The notes under the pieces are model-generated. The model saw nothing but the letters and a program-made list of their open reading frames with translations, had not been told where the DNA came from and searched no databases. From NCBI GenBank assembly GCA_943326825.2, contig CALPUT020000001.1:1-58771 (forward strand): DNA of 58,771 nt. Direction: 5' to 3'. The position numbers and the translations under genes are program-made. This document shows, piece by piece, positions 9,434-19,407 of this stretch (position 1 is its first letter; each line of letters opens with the position of its first letter). Source of the stretch: Chryseobacterium gleum. GTDB lineage: Bacteria; Bacteroidota; Bacteroidia; Flavobacteriales_D; Crocinitomicaceae.

Positions 9434-10810
9434 ATGCATTATGCTATAATTGATATTGAAACAACTGGTGGTAATCCCAAAAGCTCTAAAATTACTGAGA
9501 TAGCCATTTATAAATCGAATGGTATTGAAATCATCGATCAGTTTGTTTCTTTGGTTAATCCTGAAATGAGTATTCCTGATTTTATTGTGAATTTAACAGG
9601 TATTAATAATTCAATGGTGCAATCGGCTCCTAAATTTTATGAAATCGCTAAAGATATTATAGAATTTACAGAAGACTGTGTTTTTGTTGCTCACAATGTT
9701 GCTTTTGATTATACGGTTATTCGTTATGAATTTAAAAATCTTGGTTACGATTATAGAAGACAACATTTATGTACTGTAAGAGCTTCTCGTTTTATATTAC
9801 CAGATTTAGCTTCTTATAGCTTAGGAAAATTAACTCGAATTTTAGGTATTGAGTTAATTGGAAGACATCGTGCAGGTGGAGATGCTTATGCAACTGCACA
9901 ACTTTTTTCTTTATTGTTTGATAAAGATCCTAAAAACTTAGCAACATTTATACAAGAGGACGTAAATCCACAGATTTTTCATCCGAATTTTGATGCAAAT
10001 GAACTAGATGAAATCCCTGAAAAAACAGGTGTTTATAAATTTTATAATGAAGTCAATAAGATAATTTATATTGGTAAAAGTAAACAAATTCGTAAACGTG
10101 TAAATCAGCATTTAAAAAATACTAAAACAAAAAAAGGACTTCAATTAATTAAAGAGATAACTCGAGTTGAATTCGAATTAACTGGTTCAGAATTAATTGC
10201 CTTATTGCTAGAGTCAAGTTTAGTGAAACAACATCAACCTATTTTTAATGCCCGTTTAAAACGAAGTAAATTTCCTTTTGGAATTTTTCATTATATAGAT
10301 GATTTAAATTATATCCGCTTTTATATTGGTGGGATTAGCAAAACTAAAGGAGATCCAATTTTGAATTTTGCTACAAAAAAAGAAGCTGTTGATGCATTGT
10401 TCAACTTAGTAGATAAATATCAACTTTGTCAAAAATTATGTGATTTATATCCTACTAATGGAGCATGTTTTCATCATTCAATTCATAAATGTTTTGGGGC
10501 TTGTATTAAAGAAGAGTTATTTGTGACATATAACGAACGCTCTAATAAATTAATAAATGAAGCTGCTTTCGAACAAGAAAATTTTTACATTATTGAAGGA
10601 GGTCGACAAAAAGGTGAGAAGAGTTTGATCTTAATAGAAAATGGGGAGTTTGTAGGTTTTGGATATGGTCCTTTTCATTTTCAATTTACTCCAATCGAAA
10701 AATGGAAAAAATTAATTAATATCTATCAATCAAATAAAGATACGCGAACAATTTTAAAGTCTTATATTAAGAAAAATTCTGAATTAGTGATAATTCCTTT
10801 TCAAAAATAG
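9434..10810 (+). CDS. DEDDh 3'-5' exonuclease (DnaQ-like) fused to a GIY-YIG (UvrC N-terminal-like) domain
   Basis: DIETTG, AHNVAFD and HRAGGDA (DEDDh); then IPEKTGVYKF...IIYIGKS..IRKRVNQH, ALLLE and P.FN (GIY-YIG); then a Cys cluster. Confidence 0.88.
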   Translation: MHYAIIDIETTGGNPKSSKITEIAIYKSNGIEIIDQFVSLVNPEMSIPDFIVNLTGINNSMVQSAPKFYEIAKDIIEFTEDCVFVAHNVAFDYTVIRYEFKNLGYDYRRQHLCTVRASRFILPDLASYSLGKLTRILGIELIGRHRAGGDAYATAQLFSLLFDKDPKNLATFIQEDVNPQIFHPNFDANELDEIPEKTGVYKFYNEVNKIIYIGKSKQIRKRVNQHLKNTKTKKGLQLIKEITRVEFELTGSELIALLLESSLVKQHQPIFNARLKRSKFPFGIFHYIDDLNYIRFYIGGISKTKGDPILNFATKKEAVDALFNLVDKYQLCQKLCDLYPTNGACFHHSIHKCFGACIKEELFVTYNERSNKLINEAAFEQENFYIIEGGRQKGEKSLILIENGEFVGFGYGPFHFQFTPIEKWKKLINIYQSNKDTRTILKSYIKKNSELVIIPFQK

Positions 10811-10854
10811 AAGCTAATTGAAATATCATAAAATAAAAATCAATTAGCTTCTAT
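10807..10854. terminator. 15-bp inverted repeat between convergent genes (probable bidirectional terminator)
   Basis: ATAGAAGCTAATTGA at 10807-10821 and TCAATTAGCTTCTAT at 10840-10854. Confidence 0.65.
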
Positions 10855-10865
10855 GAAAATTTAAA

Positions 10866-11687
10866 TCAAGGGAATTTTGGGAATTGTTGAAAGTTTGGTT
10901 GTCTTTTCTCTAAGAATGCATGTTTACCTTCTTGAGCTTCTTGAGTTAAATAATACATCAAAGTTGCATCACCTGCTAATTCCATAATGCCATGTTGACC
11001 ATCTAATTCAGCATTTAAACCCCTTTTAATCATTCTAATAGCTAATGGACTTCTTAACATAATAGTTCGACACCATTCTACAGTCGTATCTTCTAATTGA
11101 TCAAAAGGGACAACTTTATTTACCATCCCCATTTTTTCAGCTTCAATAGCACTATATTGATTACATGTAAACCAAATTTCTCTCGCTTTTTTCTGACCTA
11201 CACATCTTGCTAAATAAGAAGAACCAAATCCTCCGTCAAAACTTCCTACTTTTGGACCTGTTTGACCAAAAATAGCATTTTCAGAAGCGATACTTATATC
11301 ACATACTACGTGCAACACATGTCCACCTCCAATTGCATAACCATTAACCATTGCAATAACAGGTTTTGGCATTGAACGGATAGCTTTATGTAAGTCTAGT
11401 ACATTTAACCTTGGAACTCCATTTTCAGAAATGTAGCCACCAATACCTTTTACATTCTGATCTCCACCTGAACAAAAAGCTTTATCTCCTGCTCCTGTTA
11501 AAACAATAACACTTATATCATTGCGTTCACGACATATATTCATCGCGTCTAACATGTCCATATTTGTTTCCGGTCTGAAAGCGTTATATACTCTTGGTCG
11601 ATTAATAGTAATTTTAGCAATACCTTCAAAGAAATCAAATTTAATATCTGAATATTCTTTTATAGTTGTCCAATTATAATTTGACAT
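10866..11687 (-). CDS. menB: 1,4-dihydroxy-2-naphthoyl-CoA synthase
   Basis: [16 protein letters not shown] and [10 protein letters not shown] motifs. Confidence 0.97.
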   Translation of the reverse strand: MSNYNWTTIKEYSDIKFDFFEGIAKITINRPRVYNAFRPETNMDMLDAMNICRERNDISVIVLTGAGDKAFCSGGDQNVKGIGGYISENGVPRLNVLDLHKAIRSMPKPVIAMVNGYAIGGGHVLHVVCDISIASENAIFGQTGPKVGSFDGGFGSSYLARCVGQKKAREIWFTCNQYSAIEAEKMGMVNKVVPFDQLEDTTVEWCRTIMLRSPLAIRMIKRGLNAELDGQHGIMELAGDATLMYYLTQEAQEGKHAFLEKRQPNFQQFPKFP

Positions 11688-11749
11688 TGTTTTTTCTATT
11701 TTTTGTAAAATTAATAAATTCTGTAATTAAAACTATGTATTTGAATTGA

Positions 11750-12580
11750 TCAAGTTTTTTTAAAAATTATCAATGACCTCAAAAAATCTTTGATGAAAAT
11801 AACCAATTTAAACCGATGTACTTTTTCCTTCGTTTCTATTGTTCTTTTAATTTCTGTAAATGCTTTTTCAGCTGAACATATTTCAATAGGAATATTTAGA
11901 TAGCTATAATTTGTAAATATTTCTTTTAATTGGAAATTTGAATTTAATTTTTCGAAATCATTTACAATACCCCATTTTTTTTTGAAAAATAATATTTCTT
12001 TAATTGATTTATTATTTTGATTATCAATATTGAAATATGTTATTTTTTCAAACGTTCTATAATTAACAACTAAGTGTTCTTCTACATAATGAACGAATGT
12101 AAATGAATTTTCAATATGAACATCTATGAAAATGAATTTTGCATTCTGTTGATGTAAAAATGAATAAATAGAATTTTCCCCAAAAGTACTATTGTCTTTC
12201 AAAGCTAAAATTTGATCAGTATTCTTTCCCCATGCCAATACAGAGTGTAAAGGGTCATTTGATCTTGTAAAGTCTTTGCGTTTGAAAACTTTATTTGAAA
12301 TTGAACCTGTCGTAGGTTTATCCTTTAAATAATTAAATGTTCCTAGATTTTTTAGATTATCTGTATATGCAGGAATAACAATTGTTCCATTTTTAAGTAT
12401 AAGCTTGAAATTATCTATAAACTGATCTATCTGAACAATTTTATTGTTGCTTTTTAAAGCATATGCTATATTTTTTAGATCGGCAGAAATGAAAACAGTA
12501 TCATTTTCATTAATATTTAGATGAAATGGTAAATCTTCAAAAGAAATATCTGATGGAATTTTTTTCACTGTCTCTTTCAT
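11750..12580 (-). CDS. AAC(3)-family N-acetyltransferase-like protein
   Basis: GTIVIPAYT, RS.DP.HS..AWG, FG.NS and TFVHYVEE match the Antibiotic_NAT fold. Confidence 0.75.
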   Translation of the reverse strand: MKETVKKIPSDISFEDLPFHLNINENDTVFISADLKNIAYALKSNNKIVQIDQFIDNFKLILKNGTIVIPAYTDNLKNLGTFNYLKDKPTTGSISNKVFKRKDFTRSNDPLHSVLAWGKNTDQILALKDNSTFGENSIYSFLHQQNAKFIFIDVHIENSFTFVHYVEEHLVVNYRTFEKITYFNIDNQNNKSIKEILFFKKKWGIVNDFEKLNSNFQLKEIFTNYSYLNIPIEICSAEKAFTEIKRTIETKEKVHRFKLVIFIKDFLRSLIIFKKT

Positions 12581-12591
12581 TAAAAAATAAA

Positions 12592-13377
12592 CTACTGTGA
12601 AACAAATGAATAATAAATTTTTCCACTTTGACTTTCTGATGCTGATCCTGAATAATCAAATCTAGACATTTTAGCATATTTTAAACCTTGTTCAATCATA
12701 CATTCATTTGTATTTTTACTGGATGATGGATCAAATTCAGCTGCTATAACATTACCGTTTTTATTGACTTTAATTCTTATAACTACAGTTCCGTTTGCAC
12801 CAATACCACAAGTATAACCTGGGTTTCTGACATACCATGAATTATTTTGATGAGGAAATCTACCTGATAAATCGTAGCTAACTAATGTTTGCCCATCATA
12901 TTTATTATTGCTTGAATTTGAGCTGCTATTTGGGTTTTGTGAAGTGTTTTTTTTTGCTGGTTTTTCAGATTGTAAATTTTTAGTTCTTTCTTCTATTAAT
13001 TTTCTAACTTCTGTGTTGTACTGACTAGTTTTAGCTTCCTCTTGAAATTGTCTCTGAGCATCAAGCGCAGCTTTTTCACCATCAAAAGACTCTTTTGAAT
13101 GAGGAGAACTCCAATCATCATTTGAAGATTTTCTTCTATCATTGATGTCAGTAACTGTGTTTTTAATATTTTGAGGGTTTGTTATTGATTGAATATCAAT
13201 ATTTTCTGAAGGTATTTCTAATAAATCTTCAGGTTTTGCCATTGAGATTTCCTCATTATAAGCATTTAATTCAGATTCTTTTGAAATTGATTCAACTTGT
13301 AAAAAAATAAAAATACCAATGTAGACAGCAACAGCCACTGTTATTGCAAATAATATTCGGTCAGAAAAACTATTCAT
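12592..13377 (-). CDS. TonB C-terminal domain (energy transducer-like) protein
   Basis: N-terminal TM anchor, low-complexity linker, then P.Y.C...G.VVIRIKVNKNGNVI.A...F...Q.G.I.Y.F. Confidence 0.75.
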   Translation of the reverse strand: MNSFSDRILFAITVAVAVYIGIFIFLQVESISKESELNAYNEEISMAKPEDLLEIPSENIDIQSITNPQNIKNTVTDINDRRKSSNDDWSSPHSKESFDGEKAALDAQRQFQEEAKTSQYNTEVRKLIEERTKNLQSEKPAKKNTSQNPNSSSNSSNNKYDGQTLVSYDLSGRFPHQNNSWYVRNPGYTCGIGANGTVVIRIKVNKNGNVIAAEFDPSSSKNTNECMIEQGLKYAKMSRFDYSGSASESQSGKIYYSFVSQ

Positions 13378-15490
13378 TTATTATTTTTGGGACTATTATT
13401 TTATTTTCAGGTAAGTATAGATAATTTACTTCTCCTGCTTTTGTTAAAAGTAATAATTCTTTGTTTAAAATTCTAATTTGTTGATACTCGACAGGAACAA
13501 TTTCTTCACCTGTAACCTTATATACTCCATAATTGGGTCCTCTAGATACAATTACTCGATCATTATCTAAAGGTTTTACTTCTGTGAAATTTAATGGGAC
13601 AGTTATAGTTGATTTTGAATCGATTAAACCAAAAAGGGTCATTTTCTCAACTATTGCATACCCATTTTTAAAACTTTCAGCTGACTCAAATTGTGGTTGA
13701 ATAAGAATGTTATTTGACATATCAATAAATCCCCAATTTTTTCCTTTGGTAAATGACATCAAAGGTGAAAATGAACCCAGTTGGTTATAGGATGCAGGGA
13801 TAATAAATTTACCGAATTGTTCTATAACACCAAATTTACCATTTAGTTTAACAACAGCGTAAGAGCCTTTGAATTGACTTAGTTCTATGGCGTTTGGATA
13901 ATCATCAAATTTAAAATCTAAAATTAATTGACCTTTTCCGTCTATATATCCAATTTTACCATTTTTTATAACGATTGCTCGATCATTAATTAACTTACCT
14001 ATTTTGTCAAATTTAGCGGAATCAATAATCTGACAATTTCTTTTCATTAAACCGAACTTTTCATTTTCTTCAAAAACTAATAAAGTATCATTAAAAAAGT
14101 GAATATTTGTATATGCTGGTGGCACAATAAAACTTCCATACTTATCTATATAACCTTGGTTTTCTCCAATTTGTACTTTTGCAATTCCTTTAGAAAAAGC
14201 AAAAGCTTCACTATACTTAGGTTCAATTCTTTGTGTTCCTATTTTATCATAATAACCATAAAGACTATCTTTCTGAGCATATATTAATCCTTCAGAAAAA
14301 GTACCTATATCATTGAAAACTAAATCAAAAATTACTTGTCCTGATCTATCGATTATCCCAACTTTATTATCTTTTTCTATAATTGCACGTCCTTCCTCGA
14401 AATCACTTGCTGAATCATAATTGAAAGGTATAATTATATTATTTCCTTTATCAATGTATCCATATTTTCCATTTTTCACAGCATAAGCTAAGCCTTCTTG
14501 GAAAAATCCTAAAGTTTCGTATTCTGGTTTTATAAGTGCATTTCCATCATAATCAATAAAACCATACAATGAGTTTTGTTTAAATGGAACTAGTTTTAGT
14601 TTAGATAATTTTAAGTCAATTTCTAAATTTTCTTTGTAAGGATAATCAGGATAATCTTTTTCAAATTGAAGTATTCGTCCATCTGAATAATCGTACATGT
14701 AAATTTGATATAATTTTTTCCATGCATTTCCTAAATTACGATTAGTCGTATATGTTTTTATAAATGCATTGTAGTCTGCAATTGTATTTCCAGAAGTAGA
14801 AATCTCGAAAACACGATCTTCAGCTTCTTTAATAAATGGATTTTCAGGATTAGATTTTGAGAATGATAAATAGCTAGCAAGCGTACCTGAATTTGTTTGT
14901 TCACGATATTGAGATTGAAAAAATGATTTTTGAGCAATATTATAAAATTCACTTGAAGGGTACTTATCTAAAAATTCTTTATAAACAGATGAATTGTTTA
15001 TTGTTTTTGCATTGGATAAGGCAATAGAATCTCTTTTGTATATTGCAAAAAAACGTTCGTTCGACCATTCATGTTGTTCGATGAATTTAGTATATTCAGT
15101 CAAGGAATTTTGTTTTAATACAATTTCATAACATGCTTTACTAATATTAGCTCTTAAATCAATAATATTCAGATAATCAAAATTGTATTTTTTTAATTTT
15201 TCTTTATTCTGCTCTTTCATTAAAGAATAATTAGCCTCTGACAAGCGTATGTATTTATATGCAGAGTCTAAAGAATGAAATGGATTGTCAGTTCTGTAAA
15301 ATATAGTTGCTAAGCCATATGAAGCAGGTGAATTTTGTTTTTTTAGATGAGAATAGAAAATTTCTTTTGCTTCAAAATAATTGAATGAATTTAAGGCTTT
15401 AAATCCATTTTCAATTTTGGATGCATAACTATTAGTTATACACGAAAATAACATTGATAAAATAACAATATATATTGATTTTGATATCAT
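13370..15490 (-). CDS. WG-repeat-containing exported protein with N-terminal helical repeats
   Basis: Signal peptide; Y..F...YP repeats; many F.EG.A.V..NGKYG(Y/F)ID..G..II repeats. Confidence 0.85.
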   Translation of the reverse strand: MISKSIYIVILSMLFSCITNSYASKIENGFKALNSFNYFEAKEIFYSHLKKQNSPASYGLATIFYRTDNPFHSLDSAYKYIRLSEANYSLMKEQNKEKLKKYNFDYLNIIDLRANISKACYEIVLKQNSLTEYTKFIEQHEWSNERFFAIYKRDSIALSNAKTINNSSVYKEFLDKYPSSEFYNIAQKSFFQSQYREQTNSGTLASYLSFSKSNPENPFIKEAEDRVFEISTSGNTIADYNAFIKTYTTNRNLGNAWKKLYQIYMYDYSDGRILQFEKDYPDYPYKENLEIDLKLSKLKLVPFKQNSLYGFIDYDGNALIKPEYETLGFFQEGLAYAVKNGKYGYIDKGNNIIIPFNYDSASDFEEGRAIIEKDNKVGIIDRSGQVIFDLVFNDIGTFSEGLIYAQKDSLYGYYDKIGTQRIEPKYSEAFAFSKGIAKVQIGENQGYIDKYGSFIVPPAYTNIHFFNDTLLVFEENEKFGLMKRNCQIIDSAKFDKIGKLINDRAIVIKNGKIGYIDGKGQLILDFKFDDYPNAIELSQFKGSYAVVKLNGKFGVIEQFGKFIIPASYNQLGSFSPLMSFTKGKNWGFIDMSNNILIQPQFESAESFKNGYAIVEKMTLFGLIDSKSTITVPLNFTEVKPLDNDRVIVSRGPNYGVYKVTGEEIVPVEYQQIRILNKELLLLTKAGEVNYLYLPENKIIVPKIINE

Positions 15491-15522
15491 TCGCTTATCT
15501 GTAAAGTATTATAATAATTGAA

Positions 15523-15547
15523 ACGAAAATTGATGTGATTTAGTTAC
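15523..15547 (-). promoter_or_regulatory. Putative ECF-type promoter (GTAAC-N17-CGT) for the WG-repeat gene
   Basis: AAC...CGT with ECF-like spacing about 33 nt upstream of the start. Confidence 0.4.
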
Positions 15548-15580
15548 ATAATTCTACATTGAAGAATTAAATTGTAAAAT

Positions 15581-15605
15581 AAAAAAAGCCCCCAAATTGG
15601 AGGCT
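15581..15605 (-). terminator. Intrinsic terminator after the L31 gene
   Basis: A7 tract plus AGCC.CCA/TGG.GGCT stem. Confidence 0.65.
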
Positions 15606-15627
15606 AATATTTTTAATCACATTAAAA

Positions 15628-15885
15628 TTATTTTTTGATGTGACGTGCGTAACGATTTTGAAATTTATCAATTCTACCTGCAGTATCTACGAATTGAACA
15701 ATACCTGTGAAGAATGGATGAGATTTATGAGAAATATCTAATTTCACTAATGGATATTCATTTCCATCTTCCCATGCAATTTTATCACTTGTTGTAGCAC
15801 AAGAAGGACAAATAAATGCATAGTCATTAGACATATCTTTAAATACAACTAATCTGTAATCTTCTGGGTGTATTCCTGCTTTCAT
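15628..15885 (-). CDS. rpmE2: 50S ribosomal protein L31 type B
   Basis: MKAGIHPEDYRLVVFKD...DISHKSHPFFTG...DTAGRIDKF. Confidence 0.95.
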   Translation of the reverse strand: MKAGIHPEDYRLVVFKDMSNDYAFICPSCATTSDKIAWEDGNEYPLVKLDISHKSHPFFTGIVQFVDTAGRIDKFQNRYARHIKK

Positions 15886-15932
15886 TTTAAATATTTTAAT
15901 TTTACTGTGTTCGTTCTTTTAAAATCGGAATG

Positions 15933-15940
15933 CAAATTTA
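15933..15940 (-). promoter_or_regulatory. sigmaA -7 element (TAAATTTG) for L31
   Basis: Matches TAnnTTTG upstream of the gene. Confidence 0.6.
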
Positions 15941-16019
15941 TAATAAAGATTTTAATTTACATCATTTTTTTCATGAAATTAAAATAAACTTTCATCAAAT
16001 TCGTTATTTTTGTTGAAAT

Positions 16020-17447
16020 ATGACTTTTAAAAACGTGAAAAAGCAGCTTTTTTTATATCTTATTCTTTTAATTGGAATTTTTGGGACAAACGTTTCCTGT
16101 AAAAAGATGAAAGGTTTTTCAAATGATAATTTAAATTTTTCACTTGACACAGTTGTTTTTGATACAGTTTTTACCACAATTGGTTCTGCCACAAAACAGT
16201 TTAAAATTTATAATCCATCTAATAAAACTGTCAAAATTGAAAATATTGAATTAATGGGGGGAGAGAATTCACCTTTTAAAATAAATATCGATGGATTGAC
16301 AGGTACTTCTATGTCAGATATAGCACTTGAAGCTAAAGATAGTTTATTTGCATTCGTGATGGTAACTTTGAAAGTGAATAATTCTTCAAATCCAATGGTG
16401 ATTGAAGATTCAATTCGTTTCAGAACAAATGGGAAAGATCAATATATTCAACTTGCTGTTTGGGGACAAGATATGTATTATCACTATACAAGTTTTGATA
16501 AAGGTATCTATGATTTTAATAATGATGTAACATGGCCAAATGATAAACCACATTTAGTTTATGGTGCAGCAATAGTTGATTCTGCCAAATCATTAACTAT
16601 TCAGCAAGACACTAAAGTTTATTTACATAAGAATGCATATTTATTTGTTTATAAAGGTAAGTTGGATATTCAAGGGACAAAAGATCACGAAGTAGAATTT
16701 AGAGGAGATCGTTTAGAAAGTGAGTTTAATGACTTGCAAGGCCAGTATTATGGAATATATTTTCATGAAGCTCAAACATCAAACATCAATTATACAAACA
16801 TTTATAATGGTACAGCTGGAATTCATCTTTTTTCACAAGATAGTTCAAATCCAGGTTATACTTTGACCATTTCAAATTCCAAAATTTACAATCATTCTTC
16901 TTATGGCATTTGGATTTATGCTGGTGCAAAAGTAAAAGCAGAAAACTGTCTAATAGCAAAGAATGGAGTTCATGCACTCTTTGTATTAGGAGGTAGTAAA
17001 TTCAATTTTAATTATTGTGAAATTGTTGGGTATGGAACGCAAGCAAATTCAACTCCGGCTTTAGCAATCAGAAATTATTATGATGAGAATAACACAACGA
17101 TTGTTCGTGTCCTTCAAGAAGGTATTTTGAGCAACTGTGTAATGTATGGAAATCAATCTTCTGAAATCGCATTTGACACTTTGAATCCAAACAATGACCC
17201 ATCATTAATTTCTCTAGACTTTAAAAATTGCTTAATTAAAAGAAGTTCAATCGGAATAGATAATTTTTATAACTCAGGGATGATTTGGAATCAAGAACCT
17301 CTTTTTGTTGACAATTCCGTAATGAATTTTCATTTTTATTCAAGTTCACCATTAAATAATTCAGGGATAGCTAATTCTGTTATTTCTGATTTAGATGGTA
17401 ATAATCGTTCAATTTCAACTCCAGATATTGGTTGTTATGAAAATTAA
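16020..17447 (+). CDS. Lipoprotein with Ig-like and right-handed beta-helix regions and a choice-of-anchor-Q-like C-terminus
   Basis: Lipobox NVSC; FSLDTVVFDTVFTT motif; parallel beta-helix-like repeats; ends DLDGNNR...PDIGCYE. Confidence 0.65.
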   Translation: MTFKNVKKQLFLYLILLIGIFGTNVSCKKMKGFSNDNLNFSLDTVVFDTVFTTIGSATKQFKIYNPSNKTVKIENIELMGGENSPFKINIDGLTGTSMSDIALEAKDSLFAFVMVTLKVNNSSNPMVIEDSIRFRTNGKDQYIQLAVWGQDMYYHYTSFDKGIYDFNNDVTWPNDKPHLVYGAAIVDSAKSLTIQQDTKVYLHKNAYLFVYKGKLDIQGTKDHEVEFRGDRLESEFNDLQGQYYGIYFHEAQTSNINYTNIYNGTAGIHLFSQDSSNPGYTLTISNSKIYNHSSYGIWIYAGAKVKAENCLIAKNGVHALFVLGGSKFNFNYCEIVGYGTQANSTPALAIRNYYDENNTTIVRVLQEGILSNCVMYGNQSSEIAFDTLNPNNDPSLISLDFKNCLIKRSSIGIDNFYNSGMIWNQEPLFVDNSVMNFHFYSSSPLNNSGIANSVISDLDGNNRSISTPDIGCYEN

Positions 17448-17464
17448 TAATTCAATTAATTAAA

Positions 17465-17998
17465 ATGAAGGATATTAAAACTCAGGTAAAAGTAATTTGG
17501 TTTACGGGCCTATCAGGTGCTGGTAAAACAACACTTGCAAATGAATTTCAAAAATATCTTAACTCAAAAGGTTTTAATTCTCGAATACTTGATGGAGATG
17601 AATTAAGAAAAGGGTTGAATGATGGTTTGGGTTTTTCAGATAATGATCGTTCAGAAAACATTAGAAGAGCTGCTGAAGTAGCTAAATTGTTTATAGATTC
17701 TAATTTTATAGTTCTTTGTTCATTTATTACTCCCAAAAACAAAATGAGAGCATTAGCTAAAACTATTATTGGCGAAGATAATTATATTGAAGTATTCGTT
17801 GATTGTAGTCTAGAAGAATGTGAAAAACGTGACATAAAAGGATTGTACAAAAAAGTTAGGGAGGCAAAAATTTCTGATTTTACAGGTATAAGTTCTGATT
17901 TTGAAATCCCTAATTCTCCAGATATTATTTTAAACACAGAAAAAAATAATATCGAATTTTGTTTGAATCAATTAATAAGTAAAGTAAGACTTAGTTGA
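17465..17998 (+). CDS. cysC: Adenylyl-sulfate kinase
   Basis: WFTGLSGAGKTT, LDGDELR, RDIKGLY and FTGISS.FE.P motifs. Confidence 0.95.
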   Translation: MKDIKTQVKVIWFTGLSGAGKTTLANEFQKYLNSKGFNSRILDGDELRKGLNDGLGFSDNDRSENIRRAAEVAKLFIDSNFIVLCSFITPKNKMRALAKTIIGEDNYIEVFVDCSLEECEKRDIKGLYKKVREAKISDFTGISSDFEIPNSPDIILNTEKNNIEFCLNQLISKVRLS

Positions 17999-19049
17999 AA
18001 GTCTGTGAAATAAGTTTTTGATAAACACTCATACAATCGTTCAAAATATTTTCAGCATTCTGATCTAATATAATACTAGATTTTTCGCGTTTATTGAAAA
18101 TTATAGAATTTGAAAATTCATAATCAATATTTACCTTTTTTGTAATTTTATTTAATGTTTCAGTTGGTTTTTGGCAAAGATCATCATAGTTTACAAAAAG
18201 AAAATCTTCTTTAGAATCTTTAGTTAAAACATATGAATAATAATTCAACCAAGAATTTAACCAATAGTGAATCTCTAAATTCGAAAATTTCTCAAGTGTA
18301 TTATTTTTTAAATCAAATGGTTTTTGATTTAATCCAAATTCATAATGTCCAATCCAATTCATGTATTTTAATATAAATGGATTATCTATTTGTAATTTTG
18401 AAAAATGGATGTGTTGTTCAAGTAGGGATTGTGCATGTTCAAGTGGGGATCTAAAAGGTATAATGATTTTACATGAGTCAAATTGTTTTCTTAATGATTC
18501 AATTCTAAGAATAGAATTGTTATTTTTTGATATATATCGTAGAGATTGATTACTGAAATATTTTAAGCAAATTAATTCAGTGAAAATTTGATATTTAGTA
18601 AGAATCTCATCTGAAATATTATTCAACTTTAAAGAATCTTTATCGATATATTCGTTATTTAAAAAAACTTTCCAAAATACTTCATCGATAGCTTCAGGAC
18701 TTTGATTATTAATAAATATCTTGTCTCCGTGCGCTCTTTCTTTTAATTCTGTTTGCATACTAATCCCGGTTAATTTTCGCCATAGGTTAGGGGCCAATAC
18801 AAAAGGCATATCTTGATAGGTAAGCGTTGCGAATTTTTTAGTTTCGTATAGATGATTTAATATTGCGGTAGTTCCGCTCCTAGCTAATCCAGAAATAAAA
18901 ACAGGATTTTTTCCTGCGGATTGTTGAATTTTATTTGAAGAATAAAAAAGAGTCCGATTAATTTCGAAAGATAATTCAGAAATAGTATTAGAACCTAGAC
19001 TAATTGAGTGTAGAAAACGAGATAATCTATTGTATTTTTCTGAAATCAT
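17991..19049 (-). CDS. PAPS-dependent sulfotransferase
   Basis: 5'-PSB-like motif FISGLARSGTT, 3'-PB-like PFRSP, and YDDLC.KP. Confidence 0.82.
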   Translation of the reverse strand: MISEKYNRLSRFLHSISLGSNTISELSFEINRTLFYSSNKIQQSAGKNPVFISGLARSGTTAILNHLYETKKFATLTYQDMPFVLAPNLWRKLTGISMQTELKERAHGDKIFINNQSPEAIDEVFWKVFLNNEYIDKDSLKLNNISDEILTKYQIFTELICLKYFSNQSLRYISKNNNSILRIESLRKQFDSCKIIIPFRSPLEHAQSLLEQHIHFSKLQIDNPFILKYMNWIGHYEFGLNQKPFDLKNNTLEKFSNLEIHYWLNSWLNYYSYVLTKDSKEDFLFVNYDDLCQKPTETLNKITKKVNIDYEFSNSIIFNKREKSSIILDQNAENILNDCMSVYQKLISQTFN

Positions 19050-19407
19050 ATTTGTTTAATATTATTAGAAATACTACAAAAGATATACTACTAATTAGTA
19101 TACCTTTCCATTGAATCAGTATTAAATTGTAATCTGTCTTTTGGAAATAATCGTAGATAAAAATAAGCGCTAAAGGGATAAAAATGAATATGAACTTTAT
19201 AAATAACACGATAGATGATAAGAATAATTGTTTTGAGTTTTTTAATAATATTTTTTGCTTTTCATCATCTGTAATTGAGCCATTTTTTAAAGTTGAATAC
19301 GATTGTTTTTGAATTTTAAAAATCTTTCGAATACTAAAATTGATTTTAAATTTCTTAAATAGCAAGGAAGATATTAAAGTAAGAATTATTAGAATCAAAT
19401 AAATCAT
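19027..19407 (-). CDS. Hypothetical membrane protein (about 3 TM)
   Basis: Hydrophobic segments around a charged TDDEKQK loop; overlaps both neighbours. Confidence 0.7.
   Translation of the reverse strand: MIYLILIILTLISSLLFKKFKINFSIRKIFKIQKQSYSTLKNGSITDDEKQKILLKNSKQLFLSSIVLFIKFIFIFIPLALIFIYDYFQKTDYNLILIQWKGILISSISFVVFLIILNKYDFRKIQ

Noticed and set aside
11750..12580. Aminoglycoside resistance gene
   Set aside because: Only fold-level similarity to AAC(3), no mobile context, and the family includes many non-resistance enzymes.
13400..14580. Repeats in the WG-repeat gene as a CRISPR array or DNA repeat
   Set aside because: The repeats are degenerate and at the protein level; there are no identical DNA repeats with spacers and no cas genes.
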